Part shown: in pieces, positions 10,806-23,242 of the stretch
How positions within the stretch are numbered: the first letter of the stretch is position 1
How the letters are laid out: every line of letters begins with the position of its first letter
Source of the DNA: Octopus sinensis
Lineage: Eukaryota
Direction of reading: 5' to 3'
DNA: 64,000 bases
Assembly: GCF_006345805.1 (NCBI RefSeq)
Contig: NC_043002.1
Span: forward strand, 115,630,001-115,694,000
Translations under genes and position numbers: made by a program
Notes under the pieces: model-generated
Told to the model about the DNA's origin: nothing
Seen by the model: the letters and a program-made list of their open reading frames with translations, nothing else
Database searches by the model: none

Positions 10806-11052
10806 GCAGGCTTGTGGGTGCTGGTACCATGTAAAAAGTACCTGTACTGGTGCCACGTAAACACACCCATACCAGTGCTGTATGAAAGCACTCGGTACTC
10901 TCTATAAAGTGGATGATGTCAGGAAGAGCACCCAGCCATAGAAATCATGCCAAAATGGACCTGGAGTGTGGGCAGCTCTACAGCTGGCCTGTCAAACCGT
11001 CCAACCCATGCCGGCATGGAAAACAAACGTTAAATGATGATGATGATGATGA
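10806..11052 (+). mobile_element. RTE 3'-UTR-related short retroposon
   Basis: Ends CCGTCCAACCCATGCCGGCATGGAAAACAAACGTTAAAT(GAT)n, like the RTE tails. Confidence 0.8.
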
Positions 11053-11239
11053 CTGGGCACATTATTGTTAAAATCTAGGAATAATTTAATTACTTTTTTT
11101 TTTATAATGAAATGTTGTAAGATAAATCAGTAACTCATATTATAGGCAGAATTGGAACTTGTACAAATCTAAAAGAAATTCTATCCTTAATATTTCGTAT
11201 AAATTATTACTTTAAGCTTTATAGTTTGAAAAAGTTTAA

Positions 11240-11457
11240 CCCTTTAGTATTTAAACCGACCACATCCTACCCAAATATTCTACCTGTTTATGTTGAAATC
11301 ATCCAGATCCAGCCTCTCACTCCTATCCTACAATGATATCCACAAAATATGCAATCCATCATTAAATTCTTAAAGCTACAAGATAATGTATGATTAATTC
11401 AAAACAATGTGAATAAATAAGTGTTACATTTAACAGAGTAATCTGATTACTAATGTG
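11240..11457. mobile_element. piggyBac-like MITE, diverged
   Basis: TTAA|CCCTTTAG at the left end and CTAATGTG|TTAA at the right end (degenerate TIR); 218 bp. Confidence 0.55.
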
Positions 11458-12755
11458 TTAAATGAAATCAACTATAGCAAATACTGTTAAAACAATTCTT
11501 TTGCTACAACTCAACTGTCAAACTTCCAATTCTCTTTTTCTTAATTCATCTGTATTTAATATCTCAAATTCAGATGTATTTCATATCTTCTTCCCATACC
11601 ATGTTTATTAATATCTTCTTCCCAATACCATACTTATCACTTAAATATTAAACCTGTTTTACTTTTTTTTTTATAATAAAAGATTCTCATAGAAATTTGT
11701 GAAAACTATTTCCAACCAAAACAAATATCAGGAAGCAATCTCCATAAATATACTCAGCAAATCACATGCTTTCACATGTGTAAATACAAAAAAAAAATTG
11801 TAAATTAATTATTTAACCTCTAAAATTTTTTAACTACCCATTCATAAGTGAATATGAATCTGAGAAAACTTTCAGTTGCTATTGTTACTAGTTGCATTCA
11901 TGCTCAAATCCCACAGGTGTTGACTTTGTTTTTCATGCTTATTGAGTTGATAAAATTGTACCTGTGATATATTGATGATAATTTATCTACCTTACCCAAA
12001 GTGTTATGATTTTGTGCTGTTGTTAAAAGTTATTACTACAACAAAGGAACTGTTATCATTTTTGCTCCAGGTCAACTCTGAATGAACCTATCTATGATTG
12101 AAGGCATTCTAGTTGTGACCATCATGGCTGCTATTTCTAGCAAGTCAAGTGAGCATACACAGGTTCGCTTGCTGGTTTAAGGAAAGTGAGTTGCTGCAAA
12201 TGGCAGCAAACAAGACTTCTTTTTTTATTATATCCTGTTGGTATCATACTGTGCTGAGTTCAGATCCATCAAAACATGACTTTTACTTTCAAAGTCTCTA
12301 AAAGTGTCCAGCATTGATGTAGCTGTAATATACACCTAATGATATTAAGTATAAATTGAATTTCCTCCACAATTACACTAAATGCAAAATTTGGAATTCT
12401 ATGAGTTACATTATATTTATATCATAAACAAAAGCAAAATTGTGTTTCTTTAATCTTTTGAAATTTTTCTAGATTTTGTACAGAAATGTGCTCAAGAATT
12501 ATTTTTTTTTAATTTTAAGAAATTAATTTTATAAATAAAATTTAGTTATAATGTTTAGTTAATTACCATCTAAATCTCAGCCTCTTATGTTAGGTATAGT
12601 TTTAACAAGTTATGAGTGAGATCGTATATTTTGTCCTTTATGGCAAAAGAACTTTTATCAAAAGCTAGACATTGGGTAGCCACTATTTTTGTTAATAAGA
12701 CTGAAGAGTGACTGCTTTATAAAATCTACAAAACTTTTCATTTGGTTGAAATCTT

Positions 12756-12964
12756 GCTGGCAGAATCATTAGCATGCCAGGCAAAATGCTTAGCGGTATT
12801 TTGTCTGTCTTTACATTCTGAGTTCAAATTCCACTGAGGTCAACTTTGCATTTCATCCTTTCAGGATCAATAAATTGAGTATTAGTGAAACAATGGGGTT
12901 GATATATTCAGCTAGTCCCCTTCCCTAAAATTTCAGGCCTTGTGCCTATAGTAGAAAGGATTAT
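12756..12964 (+). mobile_element. tRNA-derived SINE family B
   Basis: Near full-length copy with B-box-like GTTCAAATTCC. The central GAGGTCAACTTTGCATTTCATCCTTTCAGG is reminiscent of the Deu/Nin SINE domain (from memory, unverified). Confidence 0.8.
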
Positions 12965-13457
12965 ACCCTTATGTACTTACACACACACACACACACACAC
13001 ACAAATACCTCTCTTATATATCTTTGGTAAGGTTTTAGATAGATAATCATGCATGTATTATAACAGATATTGTAACATTTTTATTAGTTATAATATAACT
13101 AATCAAAATGTAATTAGACAATTTTATTTATTCCTTTGTTCATTTAATAAAAGGCCAATATGAATCTATCATATCCAATTAATGTTTGTGTGTGTAACAA
13201 AAATTGTTTGTGTGATATGTACTTACATCCAAGCATACAAATATTTAGGAATTGAGTCATTTTTCTTTGGGTGAATTTGATATTCTTGTTCACAGTCATT
13301 GATTCTATTCATATATTTCCATAGATCTACACAGACACAACAGAAGTAAATAGACAGTAAATAAAAGATCACTCTATGTTTATTCTAACTTGAAACGATT
13401 TACACCTTTTATTAATTGACATTTTATGTTTCAGGTTCTATATGTGACTGTTTAATT

Positions 13458-14426
13458 ATGCCATTTACAAAAGAAGCCTTGAAACTATCCAAATTTCAAA
13501 GAGGCCATATTATGGGTCAATTTGAAGGTGGACTTAGTGCAAAATCACAGAAAACTTTGGAATTCCACTTTCTATAGTTAATAAAGTGATTGTGCAATTC
13601 ACTATTGAGGGGAAGGAGTCCACATCACCTTGCCCAGGTCAACCAGAGTCTTCTGACAGGACCCTTCACTTTGTTAAGAGAAGTGTGGAGGACAATCTTC
13701 ATTGCAAGGCCTCTGACATAGCAGAACAAGTTGATGTCAGTTGCAGAACTGTCTTGGCTACTATGGCAGAGCAGCAAGAAGGAAGCCACTTCTTCAACCA
13801 CCCAATATCAAGCAGGAAAAAGACTGGGCCTGTGAGATCGTAGAAAAGCCACTAGCATTTCAGGAGACTGTCATATTCTGTGATGAGTCCAGATCCACAG
13901 TGGTCAAGTGTGGATCTGGAGACTGTGATCAAAAATTTGACATAAAAAGATTGCAACCAACAGTGAAACATGGCAACTATTCTGTGATAGTCTGGGGAGC
14001 AATTTAGAGCAATGGTTGATCAGAGCTGGTGGAGTGTGAAGGAAACATAGACACAGATAAATGTGTCCATATTACAGAAAGGCCTCCTTCCAATCTTCTC
14101 CAGTGGTGAAATGATTAAAGAAGACTATGGAAGATGAGGCTCCTTGAGCTAAAAAGACCCAAGATTGGTTGGAAGAGAATGGCATTAAAAAGCTTCTATG
14201 GCCAAGCCAGTCACCAGATATGAACCCTATTGAACACCTCTGGGGCATAATGGACAGGACATTTCATAAAAAGAACAAGAAAGCATCCTCAAAGCCAGAT
14301 CTTTTGTGATTGCTGCATGAAACTTGGCAAGAAATTCCACAAGAGAATATTCGTCATCTGAACAGTAGCATGCATAATAGAGTCCTTGCATTGAAAAATG
14401 CAAAGGGCACGTCTACTAAATATTAG
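13458..14426 (+). pseudogene. Tc1 transposase pseudogene (frameshifts and stops)
   Basis: Fragments [70 protein letters not shown], ending STKY* (TAG 14424-14426). Confidence 0.88.
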
Positions 14427-14633
14427 ATATTCACATAATAATAACTAATAAATAATTGAACGTATAAGACAAGCTAGTTTCTGATGGAGTTTCTCTGTAT
14501 GTCTCCATTGAAGTCTAATGTCAGCCCCATATCAATTAGATAATACAGTTTTAGATTTGAGAGATGAGGAATTATGTACATTATTTACATTATTTACATT
14601 CAATGGATATTTGTTCTCACCTTGATTGTTGTT

Positions 14634-14676
14634 AACACATTTCGGCTGATATACCCTCCAGCCTTCTTCAGGTGTC
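14634..14676 (-). ncRNA. Hammerhead motif on the left arm, stem III damaged
   Basis: Minus strand GACAC-CTGAAGA-A-GGCTG(gagggtatat)CAGCC-GAAA-T-GTGTT; about 3 nt are missing from stem III relative to the right arm. Confidence 0.55.
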
Positions 14677-14755
14677 CTGGGGAAATTTCGAACCTGGGTT
14701 CTCTCATTCCTAAGGTATTTTTCAATGTTGTTATTATTATTATTATAATTATTGA

Positions 14756-14821
14756 GGTCACTGCCTGGAATCGAACTCAGAATCTTGGAGTTAGCAGCCC
14801 GTGCTCTTAACCACTATGCCA
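14756..14821 (-). pseudogene. tRNA-derived (Pol III A/B box) head inside the foldback element; not a functional tRNA
   Basis: Minus strand reads TGGCATAGTGG (A box) ... CTGCTAA (anticodon-loop-like) ... GTTCGATTCC (B box). Acceptor and T stems do not pair properly. Confidence 0.65.
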
Positions 14822-14928
14822 TATATCCACAGTCATATGGCGTAGTGGTTAAGAATAATGATGATAATAATAATAACAACATCAAAAAATACCTTAGGAA
14901 TGAGAACCCAGGTTTGAAATTTTCCCGG

Positions 14929-14974
14929 GACACCTGATGAAGGCTGGAAGATATATCAGCCGAAACGTTGTATT
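14929..14974 (+). ncRNA. Minimal type I hammerhead ribozyme motif
   Basis: GACAC-CTGATGA-A-GGCTG(gaagatatat)CAGCC-GAAA-CGT-T-GTATT: full CUGAUGA/GAAA core, perfect 5-bp stem II, palindromic AACGTT at stem III. Confidence 0.7.
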
Positions 14975-17900
14975 AACAACAAACAAGATGAGGACAAATA
15001 TCTGTCAAATCTAAATAATGTAAGTAATGTACATAATTCCTCATCTCTCAAATATAGAGCTGTATTTTATCTAATTGGTACAGAACTGACATTAGACTTC
15101 AATGGAGACATACAAACTCCAACAGAAACTAGCTCATCTTTCAAACCATCTAATTTTCCTATGTAAACTGAATGTATAATTTCAGATTTAAATATATTTT
15201 AATGAATATAAAGGTGTCTATTTACTTCTGTCATGTCTGTGTAACTAAACTACTGTACTGTATGTAAACATTCTTTCAGTATTAGCAATTTAAAATACAT
15301 TTACATACAGGTATTTATAAATACAAATAAATTCTAAAATTAATGGAAACTTAAGTAATTTTTTTCCAATCATAGTAGCCAAAGTTGTTTTTTTTTACTT
15401 TCTTCATATTTGTGGATATCTATTTGTCTGTCTGTCTGTCAGTCATTCACATTCTCTCTAATCTTCCCTCTACATAAATTTATACATAAGTGCATATATA
15501 AGTCTATTTCAACTATTTAAACTAAAATTCTATTTGACTTTTAAATACATTTCTTTATATAATATTATTCTATTTTACTTAAGTTCAGAAATAGTGATTT
15601 TATTTTAGAATATTCAAAAGATCAGTGTTGTCTTATTCTAGGCTGCCTAAAATCAGTTTTATTTTAGTCCAAAGTGCATTTTTTTTTTTTTTTTATACAG
15701 TTGTATTTTTGTACAAAAATAAAGTGAATCATGAAAATAAATAATTTCCATTTATATTTTTAAATTAATATACATTAAATCTTTACTCTTGCTGAAATAA
15801 TTTCTTAGCCATTTAGAATTAGAAATATTGTCTGAAATGTGGCTCTTATCCAGTTTCTTGTAAAGGTCTTTTTTTCTGTTTTTTAATATTTGTTATTCTA
15901 ACTATTTTATAGTATAATTACAATTCAGTTTCTGAGTTCTTATTTTAATATAAATTATTATAACATTATATTGCATTTTTTTAATTTCACAAGATAATAA
16001 TTAAAATAAATATTTTAAATATAGCTTATATAAACCATAGGATATATATATATATAAGAAAAATATCTTAAATTATTTCCCTCACTTTCAACTCATTTTT
16101 AATACTATCTCTTAATCTTTTTTGAGCAAATTTTTATTTTTCTACTTGAAAGGAAACACTGTCTTCCATTTGTAATCAAGAATGGAAAGTTTGCAGTCAG
16201 CCTCAAATGGATTTTCTTCCAATTTTCGTAAAACTTTTAATGAAATTAAATCTGATACTATCTAGAAGAGAATTTTAAAAAATGATTCAAATGGCAATAA
16301 TAATGGAAGAAAGCCAGTTTTAGCTTGTGAAAGATAATTCTAACAAAACAATAGTTGCTAGAATATTATTTTATTTTCTCAAAACTGAATATTATTTTTC
16401 TATTTATTTTGAAGAAGTCTTTTGTTATCAAATTAAGTTGTGATTTTTTCTTCTTTTTTTTTTGTATATATTGGCTTACCTTTTACTAAATCTCCACCAA
16501 ACTTCAGGTGATTTCTAGCTCCTTTTCTATCAACTGTTACCAAAGATTAAATTTGACTGTATAGAGATCAGCTAATATATTTAGGTTCAAATTTACAATT
16601 TTACATCATAAACCATTGTAAATTATGAAATCTAACAATTTGACTGAGAGCTACTTCTTTTCTTAATTGATAATTAAAAGTAACATATAAATTCATATCA
16701 CTGGACTTTTTCTTTGCATGCTACTGCATTTCTGTTTTGAAATGTCCAGGTAGCCACTCGTTGACAAAATAATCAGACATGATTTACTATTTATTATTAA
16801 TATGTCATCATTGTTTTTTACCCTCTAATATCAAATAGTTTCCTCAAAATCATCTTCAGAAATTTAAGAAAGAAATGTCTTTATACGATCAAATTGTCAT
16901 TAATAAATTTAGGTTATATTTTGTTCTATTTTTAGTAGAATGACAGCTAAGAAACATTTATTTTTAATGCACAGCTCCTAAACTGCCAGTTTAAGTGCTG
17001 TCTAGTTGGACAGGATGTAAAACAACTTTTCATTTCTTTTTGTTGTCATAGATAGTCCTAGATCTCCTAGTAGCTGTTAGCTATGCATTTTAAATTCTGA
17101 AGTTATAATTTGTTCACATTTTCTTCCCTCTGATCAGTGCCAATTGAGTAAAGATTGCAACAGAATATATTTTTAATATAAATATCTTAATGGATTAATA
17201 CACAACTTTCCAACTAGTTTCAGATGTAGTCTCAAAAGCTTTCAGTATGCATGAATAGTGTTGAAGTTTAAATTTTAAAGTCATTTATATATATATATAT
17301 ATACATGCATAGCAGACTTGCTCCTCAGTTCTGTCATGTTTATTTGTCAAGTTTGTTTAATTGAACAACTCTGTTCATTTAATAATCTCTTCAACACTTA
17401 AAGCTCTTTGTGATGTGTGTGTGTGTGTGTATCCTAAAAGAACAATTAATGGATAAACTATTGCATAAGAGTTACATGGAATATCTTATTGTCACTTTTT
17501 ATTCTGGTATCCTTGATTTAAAGTTCTTCACTGTATAATTTTTTATGCTATAATAAAGTAGGTTCTACTTGGCAGGTGTTTTATGGGAAGGCTTTGCATT
17601 AGGAAAGATATCCATAAAAAAAAATCATTGTTCCAAATTCTCATGTTTTAGTTCATATTTCCTGAATATTTATGTTGTTTACTTTTGTCTTCTCTGGAGG
17701 GGGTCAGTTTCACATTTTAATTTAATGCATTCAATTGATAATCCACAAATGCAAAATTAGCTTCATTTCTGGTGGAAAGAAATTAATATTATTAAGATTA
17801 TGAAGACTAATTATATCTATTAGTTATGAAAAATCAAGTAGCATATGCTATTATATTACCAGTCACAAAACATTTTCGTATGACATTTCTTCTCAAACAG

Positions 17901-19145
17901 ATTTTTATTGAAAAAGAGCAATAGCTAAAATCAATCTAGATATTGTTTCATTAGAATCTTCAATTAGATTCATTGTTCCTAGGGCAGCCTATAATGAATA
18001 TGAAATGCATGAATTATGTTAGTAATATCCTTCACAACTTTTCATTTATTCTTCAATAAAACTTTAACAAACTATATAAATCATGATATCACTTTATTTT
18101 ATCTACTGAAAACTATAGAATCATTTTTTTATTTTAATTTTTTCAAAGAAAACTATGTGGGAGAAAACTGGGTTTTTTTTTTCCTTGTAACACCTTATTA
18201 AATGATTAGATGTAGGTGTGTATTTATGTATGTTTATCACATCTCTGCAATACATATTATATTTACCATCCACTTTCTTAATCACACAGGCCTATTGAGG
18301 AGATTCAGTTATGGCAGTTGTACGTGTTTTATATTTATAAAGCATGTTCTTCTTGGATGCAATTTATGTTTCTTTTTTAATTCATTATCAATTATTTCTA
18401 TATTGTGTGAAGGATTCTATAATTGTTCTTTTACTTCTATGGCCTCTTCAAAACTTTTTAAACATTGGTTGGGTGTATACTGCATTTTGTTAACTATATT
18501 TTCTTAATGCATGGACCTCTTCTTGTTTTCAATATCTGACAGTTTTCTTCTCACTCTTTGCCATATTTCTTCAGCTGATTCTATTAAATAATGCAACTTG
18601 AATCTTTTGTGTGTTATTTTTATTTTTTACTATCTTAACTTGAAAATAATAGTTAGAAGCAAAACTCATAATGATGGTATTTGATATTTTTTTAACATTT
18701 TCTACCGTATAATAAATTTATCTGCTTGCACATCAAAAGATCCAATGCTCTCTGATCTCTGCTCAAAATTATGTTCTAGCATTTTAGTGACACCTCATTT
18801 GTATCTTTTAATTTAAGATTTCCTGCAAATGGTTTTTTTTCTTTTTTGTTATTTGTGTATTTTATCTTTTTTTTTTCACTTAATAATATAACTTTGAAAT
18901 GCTATAAGGCTGTTAAAAATAAATCTGAAACTATATACACTAATGTATGCACTAAAAAAATATATTTAAAAGAAATCTACAGAAATATTTCATTTACCAT
19001 TAGCTTCAATTTTGAACTGATATCATTTCTATTTTTATTCACACTATATTTTGATCCATATATTTTCTATCATATTTTTATTTACATATATTTCATAAAA
19101 TTAATCTAGAATTCTTAAACCTTCATTGACAATCAAAAGGTTTAA

Positions 19146-19362
19146 CCCTTTCGTTACCATATTTCTGTTGAGATGCTCTGTGTTTCTTTCAATTACTTTA
19201 AATATAGCAAAGAATCTAGTAAAATAACTTAGTTATCATTCAGCTAGTGTTAGGAACATAAATTGTGTCTAAGGTTTGGTGGAAGATTTTAATTCAAAAC
19301 TTATGAAAACAAGACATTTGTACTCAGAGCCAGAGCTGGTTTCAGCTGGATTAGTAAAAGGG
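19146..19362. mobile_element. piggyBac-like MITE
   Basis: TTAA|CCCTTT at the left end and AAAGGG|TTAA at the right end; 217 bp. Confidence 0.65.
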
Positions 19363-21587
19363 TTAATGCTTTCATTCACGAGTGTTAATCATACCAACTT
19401 ATTTCAGTAACAACATCCATATTAGACTGAAGTCTGGTCTGTGCTTACTGATCAGATTATTAATTAGCAATTAATAATCAGTTAATGTTATGTATTTTGC
19501 TTCCTATTTTTCAGAGTTGCCCAATGCTTACCTTCAAAGAGTCATTTTGCTTAGGCTGTTGTACTCACAATATTCTTAGTCATTGTCTTGGATAGAATTT
19601 ACTGTACAGAAATAGAGCCGAATTAATTTTTAAGTTGTTCTTATTCCATTTTTTCCGTGGATTCTTTGCATATTTTCCACAGATCCCTGTTAAATGGTTC
19701 ACAGGGATTTATGTTTGTTATCACTGCCCGCATGTGGGTAGATGCAAATCTAAAGTAATAGGATAAACAATTGCGCATTTTTCTGATGTTGTAGAATTTT
19801 ATGTAGAGTTCTATGAATATTGGTTTGCCATACACAGAAATTTTCACATTCACTTCTGTTGGTTTTAGTAGTTTACTCTTCAGAGTTATTTACTATAAAT
19901 ATTCTATTTAAATATCGTTTACTAGGTACATCATGGTCCCTTTAAGTTGTTGATGTATTAGAATGTTAACATTTCTATTATAAATATTCTTTTATATTAT
20001 CAGTTTGTATTTTTGTCCTATATTCATATCTAAGAACCTAAGGAAAACTCTTTGAAATAAGTTTAAAAACAATTACAGTTGGTTCGTTTCTGAGGATGGT
20101 AATATGTGTATTGAGACCTCATCAGTTGCAATAAAGGCTTTTTTTTTTTGTTTTAGTTCGGTTCAAATACAAGGACACAGTATATGTGAATCACTTACGC
20201 TTGAGTAATCATCAAATATATCAGTCAAAATGTAGTGTACATGAGACTTATACCAATAGTCCTTTCAGAATAATTGTAGTAATAACTCAATTCATAAATG
20301 TAAAACTTTAAATAAGCTTAAATATTCTAATCTATATAACATATATCTTTCAAAAGTTTCATTATCTTAGCAATTAAATCTAGCTTTTAACATAGTTACT
20401 CACATAAAATAATGCAAAAGTGTTTTGCTTTAGAACTTTAACAAATCAAACTTATTTCATTCCGTATGAAGTCTTTAAATTTGCAATATACTTTGCTTAA
20501 GTAATCTTCATATTATTGTATTTCATCACTCTATTGAATTATTGTACTATGCTCACATATTCACATACTGTACAAAGGCAAAGTGTTATAAAAATATTTA
20601 ATTGTACAATTTCTTGGAAACAAAAGTTTAATTTGTTTTTGCAAGCCCATTTCAACTAATAATTGCTTTCAAGGATGAACTTTATTTTATACAAAAAAAA
20701 AAGCAATATTTGATGAAAGCTATCAACAATATGTTTGATCTTTATTTGTAAAATAGTAGAAATCAATGTACCAACATGCTCTCTGGTTGAAAAAAATAAA
20801 GTTTTTATTTGTTTGATACAAATTACAGAAAATACTCAATAAAGATTATGTAGAAATTTCTTAAGAATCTGTTTTTATTGCTTAGTTATTACAACTCCTT
20901 CTTATTTTCCCAAATTCTAAAAGATGTTCCTTGAATTGTCCTGAAAATACAATAACTCAAATTACAAGCATTAAAATAAATGACAAAACAATACTTAGGC
21001 AAGTAAATGATACACTTGTTTAAAAACAGAAAGTGTTTTGAAATAAAATATAGAAAAAAAATACCATTCTTAATCATAAATTAAAATACGAACTGAACCC
21101 AAATTTGATGGTATCATTAAATCTACATGGGTGATAATATAAAATGCCAGTCAATTTAACTGACTATACTCAATCTCCCAAATGTGTGGCCATACCAGAA
21201 ATAATGAATTTAAGACATTTGATGTACAAATTGTTTGGTTCCTATGTACTTCTATTACCCTTCATATATTTCATTCCAAAGGCAGGTATGATGATATGGA
21301 AGCTTCCTTTCTTTCTGATTGCACACTTTCTTTAAGCTTCTTTCTTTCACCATTGTATTCTATTATTGATTGCTACAACTATCTCTTCAACATTCTTTTA
21401 TGTTTTTATTGCATGAAGGGGTTTGTTTATGTTTTCAAAATGTTTTATTTTTAGACCAATTTCAAATTACCTTCTTAAAACTGGTCGATGCTATGATATC
21501 AGATAAATAGTTCCATTGAAATTATTGCTATTCAGTTCCACTGCATTTTAGATTAAGTAACTTACTACAATATCATCACTGGTTTGC

Positions 21588-21632
<45 letters not shown>

Positions 21633-22237
21633 ATGATGATAATAAATTCTTTAAGATAACATTTCAAAACACTGCAGAAGTCAGTCTTTGATGCTCCATT
21701 TTCATCAACAACTCTGTACATTTAGCATCAATGTAACCATTATATGTTGTTCTATGAATAATAATTATTATTATTGTGAGATAGATAATTTATATTATTT
21801 TTCTGCTTGAATTTTTAATAATTCATAAAAATTTTTACTAATTAGTTATATTTGAAATTAATTTCATACTTTTTTAACTTTTTCTAAAATATATTTTATT
21901 TGTTCTATATAACATATAATTGTTTTCTGTTTTAGTTCAATATAAATCTCTCAAAAAAGATGGTAAGTGACTTCTCTATTGCATGTTGGATTGAATCCAT
22001 TTTAATCACACTAGTGAAAATATTAAAAAAAAAAAAAGAAAAGAAAAAGAAACAATGTTCATTCTGTTTTTCCTATGTCTACACTTTTCTTCATCAAATC
22101 TGTAGTCCTTTAAGCACAAAATATGGTATAGAAATAACTGTAAAGTAAGTAGTTAGTTTGCAGGTTCACCCAAATCGTTTAACAGTAAATTTGATTTTAA
22201 ATTGTTGATGATGCTGATGCTGTGCATTATTGTGTGG

Positions 22238-22585
22238 AAAATTCCTCGATAGCAATTCACCAAACAACAATTCACAAATGAGCCAGAACCTCCTTTGAAG
22301 AGATCAAAGTATTGCAATTTTGCCTGAAGGATTTAAAAGATTTGTGGACTACAATCTTCACAAGTCTATCATTCCAAATGTAAGAGGCTTAGTTTGTGTC
22401 TCACTTTAGGATTCATTTCAAAGATTTTGCAATGTTTTCTGTTATGTTATTTAAGTGTGACTGTGTCATTGTATTATTATGTCATTAGTGAATTTGTTAA
22501 TCATTTAATTAGTAATAAGTGAATTTGCTAATCAAGATTTGTTGGTCAGCAAATTACTTTCAATGAATTGCTGTCGATGAATTTT
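22238..22585 (+). mobile_element. Putative MULE (Mutator-like) non-autonomous relic
   Basis: 22-bp imperfect TIR AAAATTCCTCGATAGCAATTCA / TGAATTGCTGTCGATGAATTTT (2 mismatches), repeated AATTCAC/GTGAATT subterminal motifs, and a frameshifted interior peptide EPEPPLKRSKY..KRFVDYN..VRGL resembling MULE transposase C-termini. Confidence 0.5.
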
Positions 22586-23023
22586 TTGTAGCTGGCTGTA
22601 TATTATGCCTAATAGTATATGTATAAAATACTTTAATTTTATCAGAACATTGAGTAATTACGATTATTTCAAAAAATCTCTAGTAATAAATCTAGTTTAT
22701 ATTGAAACATACCAGTGAAGTTGAATTGCAGTAGATTTAGTGACTGCAATTAACTAAAAAAATAGAATTATAACAAACATCTTTAGTAACAGTAACCATA
22801 TGAAATATAGGCAAAACCCAGAGATCAGCAAATAAAATGCCTTGCAATATTAAGCGATATCTCTGTCTCTCTGCTTTGTGAGTTTAAACCTAGCTGAGAA
22901 TAACATGGCCTTTTGTTATAAAGATTTGGTAAAATAAGTACTACTAAAGTACTGTAGTTGATGCTAGTGACTGGAGAATTTATGGAAAATTTGAAGCTTT
23001 GTGCCAAAGCTAGAAATCTATAT

Positions 23024-23242
23024 TAATAATAAGTTTTAAATCTTGGTACAAGGCCAGAAATTTTAGAGGAAACTCTAAGTTTCCTTAACCATAGTTCTCA
23101 ACTGATACTTATTTTATTGACTTCGAAAGGATGAAAGGCACTGTTGACCTCAGCAACATTTGAACTCAGAATATAAAGCTAGAAGAAATGCCACTAAGCA
23201 TTTTGTCCTGCACAATAATGATTCTGCCAGCTCGCTGCCTTA
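23024..23242 (-). mobile_element. tRNA-derived SINE family B
   Basis: Reverse complement of the family B consensus (GAAAGGATGAAAGGC..GACCTC, ATGATTCTGCCAGC). Confidence 0.75.

Larger units (their letters stand above)
14466..15140. mobile_element. ~675-bp foldback (palindromic) element with tRNA-like centre and a hammerhead motif on each arm; Penelope-like/SINE-like
   Basis: The arms are reverse complements along their whole length (e.g. GTATGTCTCCATTGAAGTCTAATGTCAG / CTGACATTAGACTTCAATGGAGACATAC). Centre is ACCACTATGCCATAT-atccacagtc-ATATGGCGTAGTGGT. Confidence 0.9.
13330..15241 (+). mobile_element. Tc1-family DNA transposon, defective, with nested palindromic insertion
   Basis: TA|CACAGACACAACAGAAGTAAATAGACA at the left end and the reverse-complement TIR ending GTCTGTG|TA at 15241-15243. 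Transposase remnants lie inside. Confidence 0.88.

Noticed and set aside
14756-14821. tRNA-Ser(GCT) gene
   Set aside because: Acceptor and T stems do not pair, and it lies inside a repeat; treated as a tRNA-derived head.
19562-19853. Minus-strand coding exon (70-aa ORF, GTGAGT donor nearby)
   Set aside because: No open frame links the acceptor-like and donor-like sites, and no recognisable protein motif.
20086-20125. Minus-strand CTGATGAG...GAAAC hammerhead candidate
   Set aside because: No convincing stems I/III and no UH cleavage triplet.
21144-21454. Short plus-strand ORFs with an AG/GTATGA donor-like site
   Set aside because: No homology recognised, in-frame stop upstream, and hydrophobicity is explained by T-richness.
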